Source: an uncultured Acidobacteriota bacterium (lineage in GTDB: Bacteria; Acidobacteriota; UBA6911). Taken from it: DNA of 64,000 nt. The notes beneath the pieces were generated by a model. It saw nothing but the letters and a program-made list of their open reading frames with translations. It did no database searches and had not been told where the DNA came from. The stretch spans positions 32,001 through 96,000 of the forward strand of contig CAWJKZ010000011.1 in the NCBI GenBank assembly GCA_963843575.1, read 5' to 3'. Positions 19,728 to 30,230 of the stretch are shown here, one piece after another (position 1 is the stretch's first letter; each line of letters opens with the position of its first letter). A program made the translations under genes and the position numbers.

Positions 19728-22031
19728 TTGGGGATGAAATGTACCCACGCGGGGCTGCTTTGGCTGGCTTTGGTTATGCCGATCGGGGCGGAGTCGCCGG
19801 CGCCGGCCGGGCTCACGTGCCAGCTGCTGAGCCGGCCGGATCGAGCCGTTATCACGTCGCGTAGCCCGCAATTTGGCTGGAGCCTGACAAGCCCGGCCAG
19901 GGGGGCACGGCAGTCGGCCTACAGGATCATCGTCGCCTCCACACGGGACGGCATCGCGCGAACGGCGGGCGATCTATGGGATTCCCAGAAAGTCAAATCG
20001 GACGCGTCGCTGAACGTGCCGTACGGCGGAAAGCCGCTCGCCCCGAACTCGAGCTTCTGGTGGGCCGTGCAGGTGTGGGACGAAGGCGACACCGCGAGCC
20101 CGTTCAGCGAGCCGCAAATGTTTCGCACCGGCGAGTTCGACGCCGTGCGGTCCTGGCCGGGCGAAAGCCGTTGGGTGAAAGTAAAAGAAGACGGCGACGA
20201 TCGCTGGCTGCTCGAGAACCGCCACCCGATCGAATATCACGAAATCGAGCCGATCCGTTTGGTTGAAACATCGCCCGGGAACTACTTCGTCGATTTCGGA
20301 CGCGCCGCGTTCGCGACCCTCAGGCTGACCGCCTCGTGCTCTGCCGACACGACCTTGGATATTCATCTGGGCGAGAAAACCAGCGCGGCGGCGCAGGTGG
20401 ACCGGACTCCCGGCGGCTCAATCGCCTACCTGCGCGCGACTCTCCCGCTGCGCGCCGGCAGACACCAGTACACCCTCGCTCTGCCCCGGCACCGCCCGCG
20501 CTACCCCCACAGCCAGACGCTCCCCGAGCACATGCCGGAGGTGCTGCCCTTCCGCTATGCCGAGATCCTCAATTGCCCCGCGCCGCTGACGAAAAGCGAC
20601 GTGCGCCAGCTGGCGCTCTTCTATCAGTTCAACGACACCGCCTCGGCCTTTTCCAGTTCCGACCGGGACCTCGGTGCGGTGTGGGAATTGTGCAAGTACA
20701 CCCTCAAGGCCACCCCGTTCATCGGCCTCTACGTCGACGGCAACCGCGAGCGCATGCCGTACGAGGCCGACGCCTACATCCAGCAGCTCGGCCACTATTC
20801 CGTCGACCGCGAATACGCCGTGGCGCGCCACACCGCGGAAAACCTCTTTTTCCACGCGACGTGGCCGACGGAGTGGATCATGCACTCAGTGCTGATGGCG
20901 TGGGCGGACTACATGTACACCGGCAATACGGACCTGATCGAACGGAACTACGAAACGATCAAAGCCAAGACATTGACAGCCCTGGCGAGGCAGGATGGAC
21001 TCATAACGACACGCACCGGCCTCGTGACCCCGGCGGTCATGTCCGCCATCCACTTCGGCGGCGACAAACTCATCGACATTGTGGACTGGCCGCACGGGAC
21101 GCCGCCGCAGCAGCTCGACCGCGCCCCCGAAGGATTCGGGCCGGGAGGGGAAACCGACGATTACGTGTTCGTTCCGGTCAACACCGTCGTCAACGCGTTC
21201 CACTACCGCGCGCTGGTCCTGATGAGCCAGATCGCGGCGGTGGCCAACCGGCCCGAGGACGCGGCCTGGTTCAAGCGACGGTCCGAAGAGCACAAGCAGG
21301 CGTTCAACCGGGTCCTGCTCGACCCGCGGCGCGGGATTTACACCGACGGGGAAGGCACCGATCACGCCTCGCTGCACGCGAACATGTTCCCGCTGGCCTT
21401 CGGGATGGTGCCCGACTCCCACCTCGACAGCGTCGTGAAATTCATAAAGAGCCGGGGCATGGCGTGCAGCGTGTACGGGGCTCAATACCTGCTGGAGGCG
21501 CTCTACGAGGCGGGCGAAGACCGGTACGCCCTCGACCTCATGAGGGCCAGGACCGACCGGAGCTGGTGGAACATGATCCGGCAGGGATCGACGATGACGA
21601 TGGAGGCGTGGGGGATTAAATACAAGCCTAACCTGACGTGGAATCACGCGTGGGGGTCCGCTCCGGCAAACATAATCGTGCGCAGGACGATGGGTATAGA
21701 ACCGCTCGAGCCCGGGTTCAGGAAGGTGCGCATCCGGCCGCAGCCGGGAGATCTGCAGGAAGCGCACGTGGTCGCGCCCACCCTGCGCGGGCCGGTCGCC
21801 GTCGACTACGAGGAACGCTCCGCGGGCGAGGCACGCATGAGCGTGACGATACCGGCGAACGTGACGGCGGAGGTGCATGTTGCTGCACCAGAACCGTCCC
21901 GCGTGTTCGAGGGGGCAGTGCCGGCCACGCGAGTCCCGGGCGTGCGGTATCTGCGGAACGAGAGGGGGCGGTGCGTTTTCGAGGTTCAGTCCGGGCGGTA
22001 CCAGTTCCGGATTACGAAAGCTCTCAAGTAG
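19728..22031 (+). CDS. Alpha-L-rhamnosidase-like glycoside hydrolase (GH78)
   Basis: QSAYRIIVA..DLWDS N-terminus, VDFG, FRYAE, DG.RER.PY..D, TMTMEAW, NHAW motifs. Confidence 0.85.
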   Translation: MGMKCTHAGLLWLALVMPIGAESPAPAGLTCQLLSRPDRAVITSRSPQFGWSLTSPARGARQSAYRIIVASTRDGIARTAGDLWDSQKVKSDASLNVPYGGKPLAPNSSFWWAVQVWDEGDTASPFSEPQMFRTGEFDAVRSWPGESRWVKVKEDGDDRWLLENRHPIEYHEIEPIRLVETSPGNYFVDFGRAAFATLRLTASCSADTTLDIHLGEKTSAAAQVDRTPGGSIAYLRATLPLRAGRHQYTLALPRHRPRYPHSQTLPEHMPEVLPFRYAEILNCPAPLTKSDVRQLALFYQFNDTASAFSSSDRDLGAVWELCKYTLKATPFIGLYVDGNRERMPYEADAYIQQLGHYSVDREYAVARHTAENLFFHATWPTEWIMHSVLMAWADYMYTGNTDLIERNYETIKAKTLTALARQDGLITTRTGLVTPAVMSAIHFGGDKLIDIVDWPHGTPPQQLDRAPEGFGPGGETDDYVFVPVNTVVNAFHYRALVLMSQIAAVANRPEDAAWFKRRSEEHKQAFNRVLLDPRRGIYTDGEGTDHASLHANMFPLAFGMVPDSHLDSVVKFIKSRGMACSVYGAQYLLEALYEAGEDRYALDLMRARTDRSWWNMIRQGSTMTMEAWGIKYKPNLTWNHAWGSAPANIIVRRTMGIEPLEPGFRKVRIRPQPGDLQEAHVVAPTLRGPVAVDYEERSAGEARMSVTIPANVTAEVHVAAPEPSRVFEGAVPATRVPGVRYLRNERGRCVFEVQSGRYQFRITKALK

Positions 22032-22048
22032 CTTCGGGCTTTTGCCGA

Positions 22049-22286
22049 CCTGCCCGTAAAACAAGTGGGTCCGGGCTTCAGCCCGGACGTCTTTTGATCT
22101 GATCTATGTGGCGACGGGCGCACGTTACAGCGCCCGCAAACTGCGTCCGGGCTGAAGCCCGGACCCACTTGTGTCTTGTTTGGATCGGCAGATCAACCGT
22201 TGGACAGCCTCTTCAGCCCGGACGTTTTTTGCGGTTGCTATATAGGGCAGATCTAAGGCGTCCGGGCTGAAGCCCGGACCCACTTG
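22049..22286. repeat. REP family B composite array (two doublets, one arm truncated)
   Basis: Three full arms plus a truncated CTTCAGCCCGGACG arm preceded by GCAGATCAACCGTTGGACAGCCT. Confidence 0.88.
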
Positions 22287-22331
22287 GTAGGTTTGTTGGA
22301 GGCTTTGAGGAAGACGCAACGGGAGGGAGAT

Positions 22332-23595
22332 ATGTCTGGATTCGAGGGGTTGAAGCGGCGGTCGTTTGTGGAGCTACTGGGGCTCGGGGGGCTGGCGGCG
22401 GCTGGCTTCGCGCAGGAAAAGCCGCCGGCCGGCACCGTTGCGGAGCCTCCGCAACGCGACGACTCGGTCGGAGACGCGGGCACCATCTATCCCGAGATTC
22501 GGACCCTGGCGGACAACTGCCGGTACCCACTCTCCTGGCTGGAGAGGGATTATCCCGACGTCGCGGCCTATCGCCGGGCCGCGCGTGAAAAGATCCTGGA
22601 CCTGTTTCACTACACTCCCCCCGCAGTCTCACCCGCCGCCCAGGTCGTGGGCCGGTGGGAGGAGCGGGACTACGTCCAGGAAAAGGTCCTCTTCTCCACG
22701 ACCCCCTGGTTTCGTGTTCCGGCTTACGTCCTCATCCCAAAAGGCGCTGCGGGCCCCCGCCCCGCGATCGTCGACCTCCACTCGCACGGGGGGATGTTCG
22801 TCTATGGGAAAGAGAAAGTGATGCCCATGCCCGAGGGCGACCCCGCCGTGATCGTAGATTACCGACGCGACAACTACGAAGGCCGGTCGACCTCGCTGGC
22901 GCTGTGCCGCCGCGGGTACGTGGTGATCTCCATCGACTGCTTCTACTTCGGCGAGCGGAGGACGCTCTTCGACGGCGACGCCCGCAAATACGGCTGGGAC
23001 CGCTCCAAGTACTCTCCCGAAGACGTGCGCTACCTCAACAGGCGGTCGAGCGCCGGCGAGGCGACCCTCGCCCAGAGCCTCTGCTGGGCCGGCACGACAT
23101 GGCCGGGAGTAGCCCACTGGGACGACATCCGAACCGTAGACTACCTGGCCAGTCGTCCGGAGGTCGATCCCGGTGAGGATCGGATGCGTCGGGGTCTCCA
23201 TGGGCGGCGATCGCACGAATTACCTGGCCGCGCTCGACGACCGGATCCAGTGTGCCGTATTGGTCGGCTGGATGTCGACGCTGCGCCCCATGATCAAGGC
23301 CTACGTCAACACCCACAGCTTCATGCACTTCCTGCCGGGATTGACCCGATTCCTCGACCTCCCCGACGTCGCGGGGTGTACGGCGCCGAGGCCGTTGATG
23401 GTTCAGCAGTGCGAACGCGACGGGCTGTACCCGCTCGACGGTATGAAGGAATCACTCGAGAAGATCGCGGCAATCTATCGCAAGGCCGGGGCCGAGTCGA
23501 GATTCGAAGGGCGGTTCTACGGGCACCCGCATCTGTTCAGCGTGAAAATGCAGGAGGAAGCCTTTGATTGGCTGGATCGGTGGCTGAAGCCGTGA
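22332..23595 (+). CDS. Tat-exported dienelactone hydrolase-like alpha/beta hydrolase, frameshift near 23171
   Basis: KRRSFV twin-Arg signal; PAIVDLHSHGG; DYLASRPEVD then RIGCVGVSMGG nucleophile elbow in the next frame. Confidence 0.85.
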
Positions 23596-23630
23596 CACGG
23601 AAGCCGGAAGCCGGAAGCTAGGAAGCCCTG

Positions 23631-23681
23631 GGGCGGAGCCTAGGCGCCGCCCGGAAAGCGGCGTCGAGCCGCCGCACTCCA
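23631..23681. repeat. REP family A copy overlapping the 3' end of the ceramidase-like gene
   Basis: AAAGCGGCGTCGAGCCGCCGCACTCCA; preceded by short GGAAGC-type tandem repeats at 23598-23626. Confidence 0.8.
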
Positions 23682-24950
23682 CAGCTCGGCCATCATTTGC
23701 AGGAAGCCGTCGACGATCGAGTTTTCGGCGCAGCCGGGCTTGACCCGGGTGGCGGTGATCTCGTAGCTCACCTGTTCGTACGCGGCGTCGTCCGGCAGGT
23801 AGCCGCTGGCCCCGTTGCACTGCGTCACCACGACGGTGTGGTTGAACGGCGCCTCCTTCTTGATCCTCAGCCCGATGTTGGTGAGCACCTCGCCCGAGAT
23901 GCCCGCGAAGGCGATGTCGTTGACGAGCAAGAGCGACAACCGTATCGGGACAGGAGGGGCGTCCTCGAACTTATATTCCTTCCCGGGCGCGGGAGCCTGG
24001 ACCGTCCTCTTTCCCGGGCAGGTCACGACCGACTGCACCGCCCGGATGCGGCCGCGGGGTGAGGTCTTGATGGAGTCCGCCACCCGCACGATCTCCTCGC
24101 CGAGGATGGTGCCCAGGGCCGTGACGTTTTGGAAGTCGGTGCCGACGCGGTAGATGGGATCCTGGTCGCCGGCCGTGCCGCTCGTCCACGGCGCCACGAC
24201 CTTGTCCCCGTAGTGCCGCTCGACGAAGCGCGCCGCGGCGCCAGGCAGATCCGCGCTGATCTGAAGGTTGCCGGGGCCGAGGACGGTCCCGTGCACGCCG
24301 TAATTGCCGTAGATCGCGATCGGCTCCCCCGTCGCGGACTCGATCTTGACGACCGCAACGGTCTTGTCCGATATACCCTCCGGGTTGTTTCCTATCATCC
24401 ACCCGCCTTCGCCGTCGCGGGCCCGCCGGTTCATGTTCACCAGCGCCTTGCCGGTGCCGAATCCGGCCCTGGCCGGCTGCAGACGCGACTGCGCCAGCCT
24501 GACCGAGTCGACAATGGCCTTTTCCAGCGTCGCGATGTACTCGATCTGCCTCGGACCGAGCTGGCCGCCCGCGGGAGCCGCCAGGGTGGGGGCCGCATGC
24601 GTGTGGACGGAGGACAGCAGGATGTTGTCCCGCCGGATGCCGGTCTGATCGGTTATGCGCTGCGTGATCCTCTCCCAGAGGGGAGGCGTGAAGTACAGCA
24701 CCTCACAGCTGATGAGGGCCGCCTGCTCGCCCCCGTCGTCCAGGACGATCGTCCGCGCGTGCAGCGGATCGTGAATCGACTTGAAGCCTTCGGTGCGCCC
24801 GCCGTAACCGGCCATCGGGAGGGCGGCGTCGCCCGGCGGCGTGATTTCCACCCTGGATGCGCCGGCCCGGAGCGATCCGCGTTCGGCAGGAACTGCGGCG
24901 GATAACGACGCGAGCAGCAGCGTGCAGCAGTACAGGGCTATCCTGGTCAT
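23640..24950 (-). CDS. Neutral/alkaline ceramidase N-terminal-domain family protein
   Basis: Signal peptide; MAGYGGR..IHDPLHAR, SVHTHAAP, YGVHGT, ISADLPG, GTAGDQDP. Confidence 0.82.
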   Translation of the reverse strand: MTRIALYCCTLLLASLSAAVPAERGSLRAGASRVEITPPGDAALPMAGYGGRTEGFKSIHDPLHARTIVLDDGGEQAALISCEVLYFTPPLWERITQRITDQTGIRRDNILLSSVHTHAAPTLAAPAGGQLGPRQIEYIATLEKAIVDSVRLAQSRLQPARAGFGTGKALVNMNRRARDGEGGWMIGNNPEGISDKTVAVVKIESATGEPIAIYGNYGVHGTVLGPGNLQISADLPGAAARFVERHYGDKVVAPWTSGTAGDQDPIYRVGTDFQNVTALGTILGEEIVRVADSIKTSPRGRIRAVQSVVTCPGKRTVQAPAPGKEYKFEDAPPVPIRLSLLLVNDIAFAGISGEVLTNIGLRIKKEAPFNHTVVVTQCNGASGYLPDDAAYEQVSYEITATRVKPGCAENSIVDGFLQMMAELWSAAARRRFPGGA

Positions 24951-24964
24951 CGTCCACCTCCGAC

Positions 24965-25036
24965 AGTGGGCCGCGGCGGCTCGACGCGGCCCCGGGGTTG
25001 TGACTGCGCGGGGCGGGGCGGCCGCCCCCGCCCACT
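24965..25036. repeat. REP family C copy (GTGGGCCGCG.CGGCTCGACGCGGCCC + GGGCGGGG..GCCCCCGCCCAC)
   Basis: Same two-hairpin unit recurs at 31078 and 57014, partial at 57832. Confidence 0.8.
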
Positions 25037-25231
25037 TTCACATCAGTGCTTCATTTGAGACAAAACGTACGACCCGAATTCCACGCCGGGCTCGGAATTC
25101 ACCCGGGCCAGGAATAGATGGAACAGGGGGTCTTTCGCCGATTGGGCCTTCTGGTCGGCATCCAACACCTGTGCGAAGTTTCTCCAGAAAGACCTGTAGA
25201 GCCACCCCGCATCGGTCCAGTTCCGCTCCCA

Positions 25232-25711
25232 TCATGCCGATGTCCACCATTCCCGACAGGCCGTCAGACCGGAACGCTGCAGCAGGCCCGCACTCTGTTG
25301 GCGCTGCTCGTCACGGAGTTTGAATCGGGCTGCCCAGAACTCGAGGCCCGGCATGAACGCCCAGGCGCCGAGACTCACGGTGGCGGGGGCCGTGCTCGGG
25401 GATTGCGGCGACACCGGGCCCCACCGTGGTTGAGGGCTCTGGGCGGAGCGATCCAGCTGCCCGCACAGCGCGTACCCGGACGACTTTGCCTGGTCCGTCT
25501 CACGTATCCTGCACCACGCCTGGCCGGTGACGATTTCGAACTCGACGACGACGCGATCGCCCTGGTGCAGCGTCTTTACCAGAGCGCTGTGGACGGAGGT
25601 CTGCGTATACACCGGAAGGGCGACCGGAGTGACCGTGGCGAGACGAGAGGGCTCACTGTTCTGGAGGGGGGCGATCAGCAGAAACAACGCTGCGGCGCAT
25701 GACTGCGGCAT
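25232..25711 (-). CDS. Secreted SH3-like domain protein (3' end uncertain)
   Basis: GGAGG RBS; signal-like N-terminus; LPVY..S.LVKTLHQGDRV..WCRI..GY pattern. Confidence 0.55.
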   Translation of the reverse strand: MPQSCAAALFLLIAPLQNSEPSRLATVTPVALPVYTQTSVHSALVKTLHQGDRVVVEFEIVTGQAWCRIRETDQAKSSGYALCGQLDRSAQSPQPRWGPVSPQSPSTAPATVSLGAWAFMPGLEFWAARFKLRDEQRQQSAGLLQRSGLTACREWWTSA

Positions 25712-25783
25712 CTCGCTAACCTCCAAGGTATCGAGCTTACTACAGTTGCGCGAAGACGCCGCGGATTCCGTCCTCCATGGAAA

Positions 25784-26032
25784 CTACACAGCACCTTCAC
25801 CGAGCAGACGGGTGAGCGGGTTATCTCCGGGTTCGCTTGCGGCAAGGATCCAAGCCTCGAGAATTGCCGGATCGGTGCATGCCTCTATGCGAGGAGCTGC
25901 GTGCGCCAGCAACGCGGGATGATGCCGGCTCACGAGGGTCAGGCACAGCGCCCGCTCCGCTTCGATACGGCCCTCGGCTTGGGCTTCTTGCCAGAGCGGT
26001 GACTGTTTGACCAGATCGATCAGTGCCTGCAT
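25784..26032 (-). CDS. Putative internally translated RpnS-like small protein (82 aa)
   Basis: GGGAGG-AATAAC-ATG on the minus strand, in frame with the Rpn ORF and just before its C-terminal domain. Confidence 0.6.
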   Translation of the reverse strand: MQALIDLVKQSPLWQEAQAEGRIEAERALCLTLVSRHHPALLAHAAPRIEACTDPAILEAWILAASEPGDNPLTRLLGEGAV

Positions 26033-26641
26033 GTTATTCCTCCCGATGACGGGCATCAAATTGTCGTCATTATATCGCGCCCGCGCCAGTAGCCACAATA
26101 TGGCTTCGGGATCCGACATCCGCGGTCCGGGAAACACGCGCCGGATCTCTTGAGCCGCAATCCAGACGGCCGCCGGATCGCCGCCCTCGAGCAATGGGAT
26201 AAGCGCCATCAGGCCCGCCGCCCCACTGGCCAGCGCCGCGGCCGCCTTGACCTCCCACAGCCGGATTACCCCGAACCGCCACGCGTTGACCTCGGCCCCG
26301 CCCAGCGAGACCCGGTAGACAAGCTCCGCTTCGACCGGCGCTGGTGGGGTCACGTACAGTACGGTCGTCAGAACCGGGGCGCGCAGCTCGAGCAGCAATA
26401 GGGCATTGTACCGGAAGCAGCGTTCTGCCATCTGCGGATCGTTTCCGGCCTGAAACTCGATGTGGCGATAGTAGAGCTCCTGCCCGCGGCGCAGGCGTAT
26501 CAGGCAGTCGACCGATCTGCGGATCTCCTGCAGCTCGATGGCATCCGTCGAAATGACTGTTGCGCCCTGGTCACCCGTGAGCCACACGAGGTCCTGGCCG
26601 CAGGTCTTGAACAGCCTCTTGAGGTTGACGTCGGTCTCCAC
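25784..26641 (-). CDS. Rpn/YhgA-like PD-(D/E)XK recombination-promoting nuclease family protein
   Basis: D..LK.LF N-terminus, RSVD..HIEFQ..DPQMAER..Y catalytic region, SPLWQE..EGRIE and I..C.D..LE.W C-terminal helices. Confidence 0.8.
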   Translation of the reverse strand: METDVNLKRLFKTCGQDLVWLTGDQGATVISTDAIELQEIRRSVDCLIRLRRGQELYYRHIEFQAGNDPQMAERCFRYNALLLLELRAPVLTTVLYVTPPAPVEAELVYRVSLGGAEVNAWRFGVIRLWEVKAAAALASGAAGLMALIPLLEGGDPAAVWIAAQEIRRVFPGPRMSDPEAILWLLARARYNDDNLMPVIGRNNMQALIDLVKQSPLWQEAQAEGRIEAERALCLTLVSRHHPALLAHAAPRIEACTDPAILEAWILAASEPGDNPLTRLLGEGAV

Positions 26642-26743
26642 ACACCGGTAGTTTCACCGGACGCGCGTCCATTTCACGTGCCGTGCGCAAGTTGATCGAG
26701 GGTGGGATGACCTTCACTGCGGGCCTCTTACGTCCTCGGGGGC

Positions 26744-26822
26744 GCGGCGCCGAGGCGGCGCCTGGGCCTATCATCCGGTGTGAGGGATACCCCCTAAAGC
26801 GGCGCCCAGGCGCCGCACTCCA
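26744..26822. repeat. REP family A copy
   Basis: AAAGCGGCGCCCAGGCGCCGCACTCCA at 26796-26822 plus a degenerate arm upstream. Confidence 0.78.
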
Positions 26823-26824
26823 TA

Positions 26825-29800
26825 TTACTTGTGGTAGTCTGGATATGGCGGGCGCTTCGGTTTGGGCAGCGGGGTTTTAGCCAGCTCGGCTTTGACGACC
26901 TCGATGGCCTTCTCCAGCTGCGGGTCCTTTCCCTGGCGCACCAGCTGCGGGTCGAGCTCGACCTCGATGTCGGGCGCGATCCCGATGTTTTCCACCTCCC
27001 ACTGTCCCGTCATCGGGTTGAAAACGCCCGAGCTGGGCGCGCTGACGAAACCGCCGTCCAGCAGCTGCGGGGCGAACGCGCGGCCCACCAGCCCGCCCCA
27101 CGTCCGCTTGCCGATCAGGCTGCCGACGCCGGCGCGCTTGAAGTACCAGGGCATTGCGTCGCCGCCCGAGCCGGCGAATTCGTTGATCAGCATCACCTTC
27201 GGACCGAAGATCGCCCCCTGCGGCTGCGGCTCGAGCTCGCCGTCGCGCGTCGCCACCATGCTCAGCAGCCTGCGCGACAGCAGCTCGATGATGTCCGTCG
27301 CCAGCGCCCCACCCGCGTTGAAGCGCTCGTCGATGATGGCCCCCTCTTTCCCGATCTGCGCGTAGAAGTAGCGGTTGAAGTTCGTGTAGCCGCCGAACCC
27401 CGTGTCGGGCATGTACACGTAGGCGACCCGCCCTTCCGTCATCCGGTCGACCTTGCGCCGGTTGTCCTCGATCCAGGCGAGGTGCCGCAGCTGGACCTCC
27501 GACGGGACTGGAACTACTGTCACCTCGCGCGCCCCGCTGCCATCCGGATTGGGTCCGACGTTCAGCAGCACGCTTTTCCCGGCGGTGGCCTCGAAGAACG
27601 AGTGGACGTTGTCGCCGCCGCGCACGTCGCGCCCGTTGACGGCAGATCAGGTACTCGCCCGCCGCGACGTTTACGCCCGGCTGGGTCAGCGGCGCCCTCT
27701 GGTCGGGATTCCAGTTCTCGCCGTTGTAGACCCGCGCGAAACGGTAGCGGCCGTTCTCGACCGCGTAGTCGGCCCCCAGCAGCCCCGTCTGAACGCGCTT
27801 TACCTCGGGCTGCTCCCCGCCGCCGACGCCCAGGTGGCCGACCGTCATCTCGCCGAGCATCTCGGCAAACAGGTAGTTGAGGTCGCCACGCGACGCGATG
27901 TCTCTCCAGGTACGGCTCATACTTTTTCTCGGCAGCCTTCAGGTCGAGGCCATGGAAGGCGGGGTCGTAGAAGAAGTCGCGCTCCAGGCGCCACACCTCG
28001 CGGTACATCTGGCGCCACTCCTGGCGCGGGTTGATGCGGACCTCGAGGGAGTCGGTGTTGAGGGCTTTGTCGTGCGGAATCGGAGGAAGGCAGGGGCGGG
28101 GGCGGGCCTCCCCCGGCCACAGGGGCGATGTACCAGCGGTCGCCTTGGCGGTAGAGCATCTTCTCGCCGTTCCGGGCGATCTCGAAGAACTGAACCCCCG
28201 AGATCGCCACGTCGGCCTTGCGCTTGGCCAGGTCGTAGCGGTGCACAGTGCTCGACGGCGGGCCCGAGGCGCCGGGCGTGAAGCCGGGGGACTCGATAGC
28301 CAGCAAGACGCCCGGTTTTCCCACCTGCAACTCCGTGTAGTTGCGCGCCGGCATCTGTACCGCAAGGATGCGCTGCAGGATGTTGTCGAAGTCGATCTTC
28401 ACCGTCACCGGTTTTTTCGCGGCGTCCGGCTTGGTTGCGTCTCCCTTGGCTTCCTCCGGTTTTGCCGGCTCCGGTTTCTTCTCGGGCTCGATTTTCTCCT
28501 CGTCGCTCTCGGGAGAGAACGGCGACGGGAGGGTCTTGTCCAGAACCACCAGGTACAAGCTGCGCGAACTCGGGTGGGAGAGCGAGTGGATGTCCGGTTG
28601 CAGCGAGGCGCCCGCGTCCGTAGAAGCCGTGAAAAACAGGTGCTTTCCATCGGGGTCGAAGACCGGGTCACGCGCGTCGCTCATTCCGTCGGTGACCTGC
28701 GTGGTATTGCCGTCCGCGACCGAGTAGACGAACACGGCGCCGAGGAAATTCTTCAGACGGCGCGAGTACGTGAGCCACTTCGAATCCGGCGACCAGGCCG
28801 GTGTGATGTTGCCCGGGCCCCAGTAGGGGTCTTTGTCGATCCTTACCGGCTTCCTGTCGGCGACATCGACACACCAGAGTGCCTGGTGTGAGTCCGTGTA
28901 GGCGACCTTCTTCGCGTCGGGCGACCAGCGCGGCGAGAAGTAGAACCCCGGCGTGTCGCCGAGCGGAATTTTCACCGGGTCGCCCATGCCGTTCTGGCCG
29001 CGGACGTGCAGCATGTACTCGCCCGACTCGTCGGAAAAATACGCGACCGACTTGCCGTCGGGCGACCACGCGGGGTCGCGCTCCATCACCGCGGTCGTGT
29101 TGGTCAGGTTGCGAGCGTCCCCTTTCTCGGCCGGCACCGTGACGATCTCGCCGCGGGCCTCGAACACCGCGCGCGCTCCTGTCGGCGAGACGTGGGCGTT
29201 GGTCAGCCGCCGGTCGACCTTGACCAGCCTCTCGCGCAGCTCGGGGAAGTCGCCGGCTACCGTGACCGGCACCGGTTTCGCCTTGCCCGATTTCACGTCG
29301 TAGATAAACAGCGAGCCGAATTGCTCGTAGGCGATCGCGTCGCCGGCTGCGGACGCGGACTTCAGGTCGAGCCCGGTGTTCTGGACCGCCCGCGCGACCC
29401 GCTTCGTTTTCGGATCGTACGAGAAGAGTGTTACGGGGCCGTTTCGGTCCGAGAGGAACCAGACCTTGCCGGCCGCCCACATCGGGTTGAAATCGTTGGA
29501 GCCTGTGCGCGGGATTTTTTCGATGCGGCTGTCGGCCAGCGAGGCGATCCAGACCGGTGTCGCCGTCCCGCCGCGGTAGCGCTTCCAGGCGTAGAAAGCG
29601 CGCCGGATCGGAACGTAGGCCAGCTGGCTGCCGTCCTGGGAATAGGCCGCCTCGTAGCCCATCGGCAGGGGCAACTCCTCCTCGAGGCCGCCTTCGAGCG
29701 GGACCGTGAAGAGTTTCGAGAAGCGCGAATAGGAGGTGCGGGTGGAGGTGATCAGGACCTTCTTGCCGTCCGGGGTCCAGCCGAGGGCCGTGTCGTCCGC

Positions 29801-30112
29801 CGGGTGCCAGGTGAGCCGCTTCGGTACGCCGCCCGAAGCCGGTACGACGTAGGCGTCGACGTTGCCGTCGTACTCGCCCGTGAAGGCGATCTGGGCGCCG
29901 TCGGGGGAAAACTGCGGGCTCGACTCCATGCCCGGCCCGGTGGTCAGGCGCCTCGCCTCACCGCCGTTGCGCGGGACGCTCCAGAGGTCCCCGGCGAAGG
30001 CGAAGACGACGTGCGTCCTGTTCAGGGTTGGGCTGCGCAGGATCAGCGGCGCATCCGCCGCGGGCGCGGCCGGCGCGAGCAGCACGAGAAGTGCGAGGGC
30101 AAGTCGGGGCAT
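26825..30112 (-). CDS. Tricorn-type S41 protease (beta-propellers + PDZ), about three frameshifts
   Basis: AGGAGG RBS, signal peptide, WKRYRGG, PD40-like WSPDG repeats, DERFNAGG, GSGGD catalytic Ser, GKRTWGG; frame breaks near 28080, 27900 and 27645. Confidence 0.9.
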
Positions 30113-30138
30113 GGTTGCCTCCTGTAGTTGAAACATTA

Positions 30139-30220
30139 TATATGGAGTGCGGCGCCTAGGCGCCGCTTTGGGGAGCAAGGAAATCCACAAAAGCGGCGCC
30201 TAGGCGCCGCACTCCATATA
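30139..30220. repeat. REP family A perfect 31-bp inverted doublet between divergent genes
   Basis: TATATGGAGTGCGGCGCCTAGGCGCCGCTTT, 20-nt spacer, exact reverse complement. Confidence 0.92.
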
Positions 30221-30230
30221 CAATCCCACA

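Noticed and set aside
28088-28118. Family-C REP inside the tricorn gene
   Set aside because: Equally explained by a Gly/Pro-rich linker and lacks the GTGG head.
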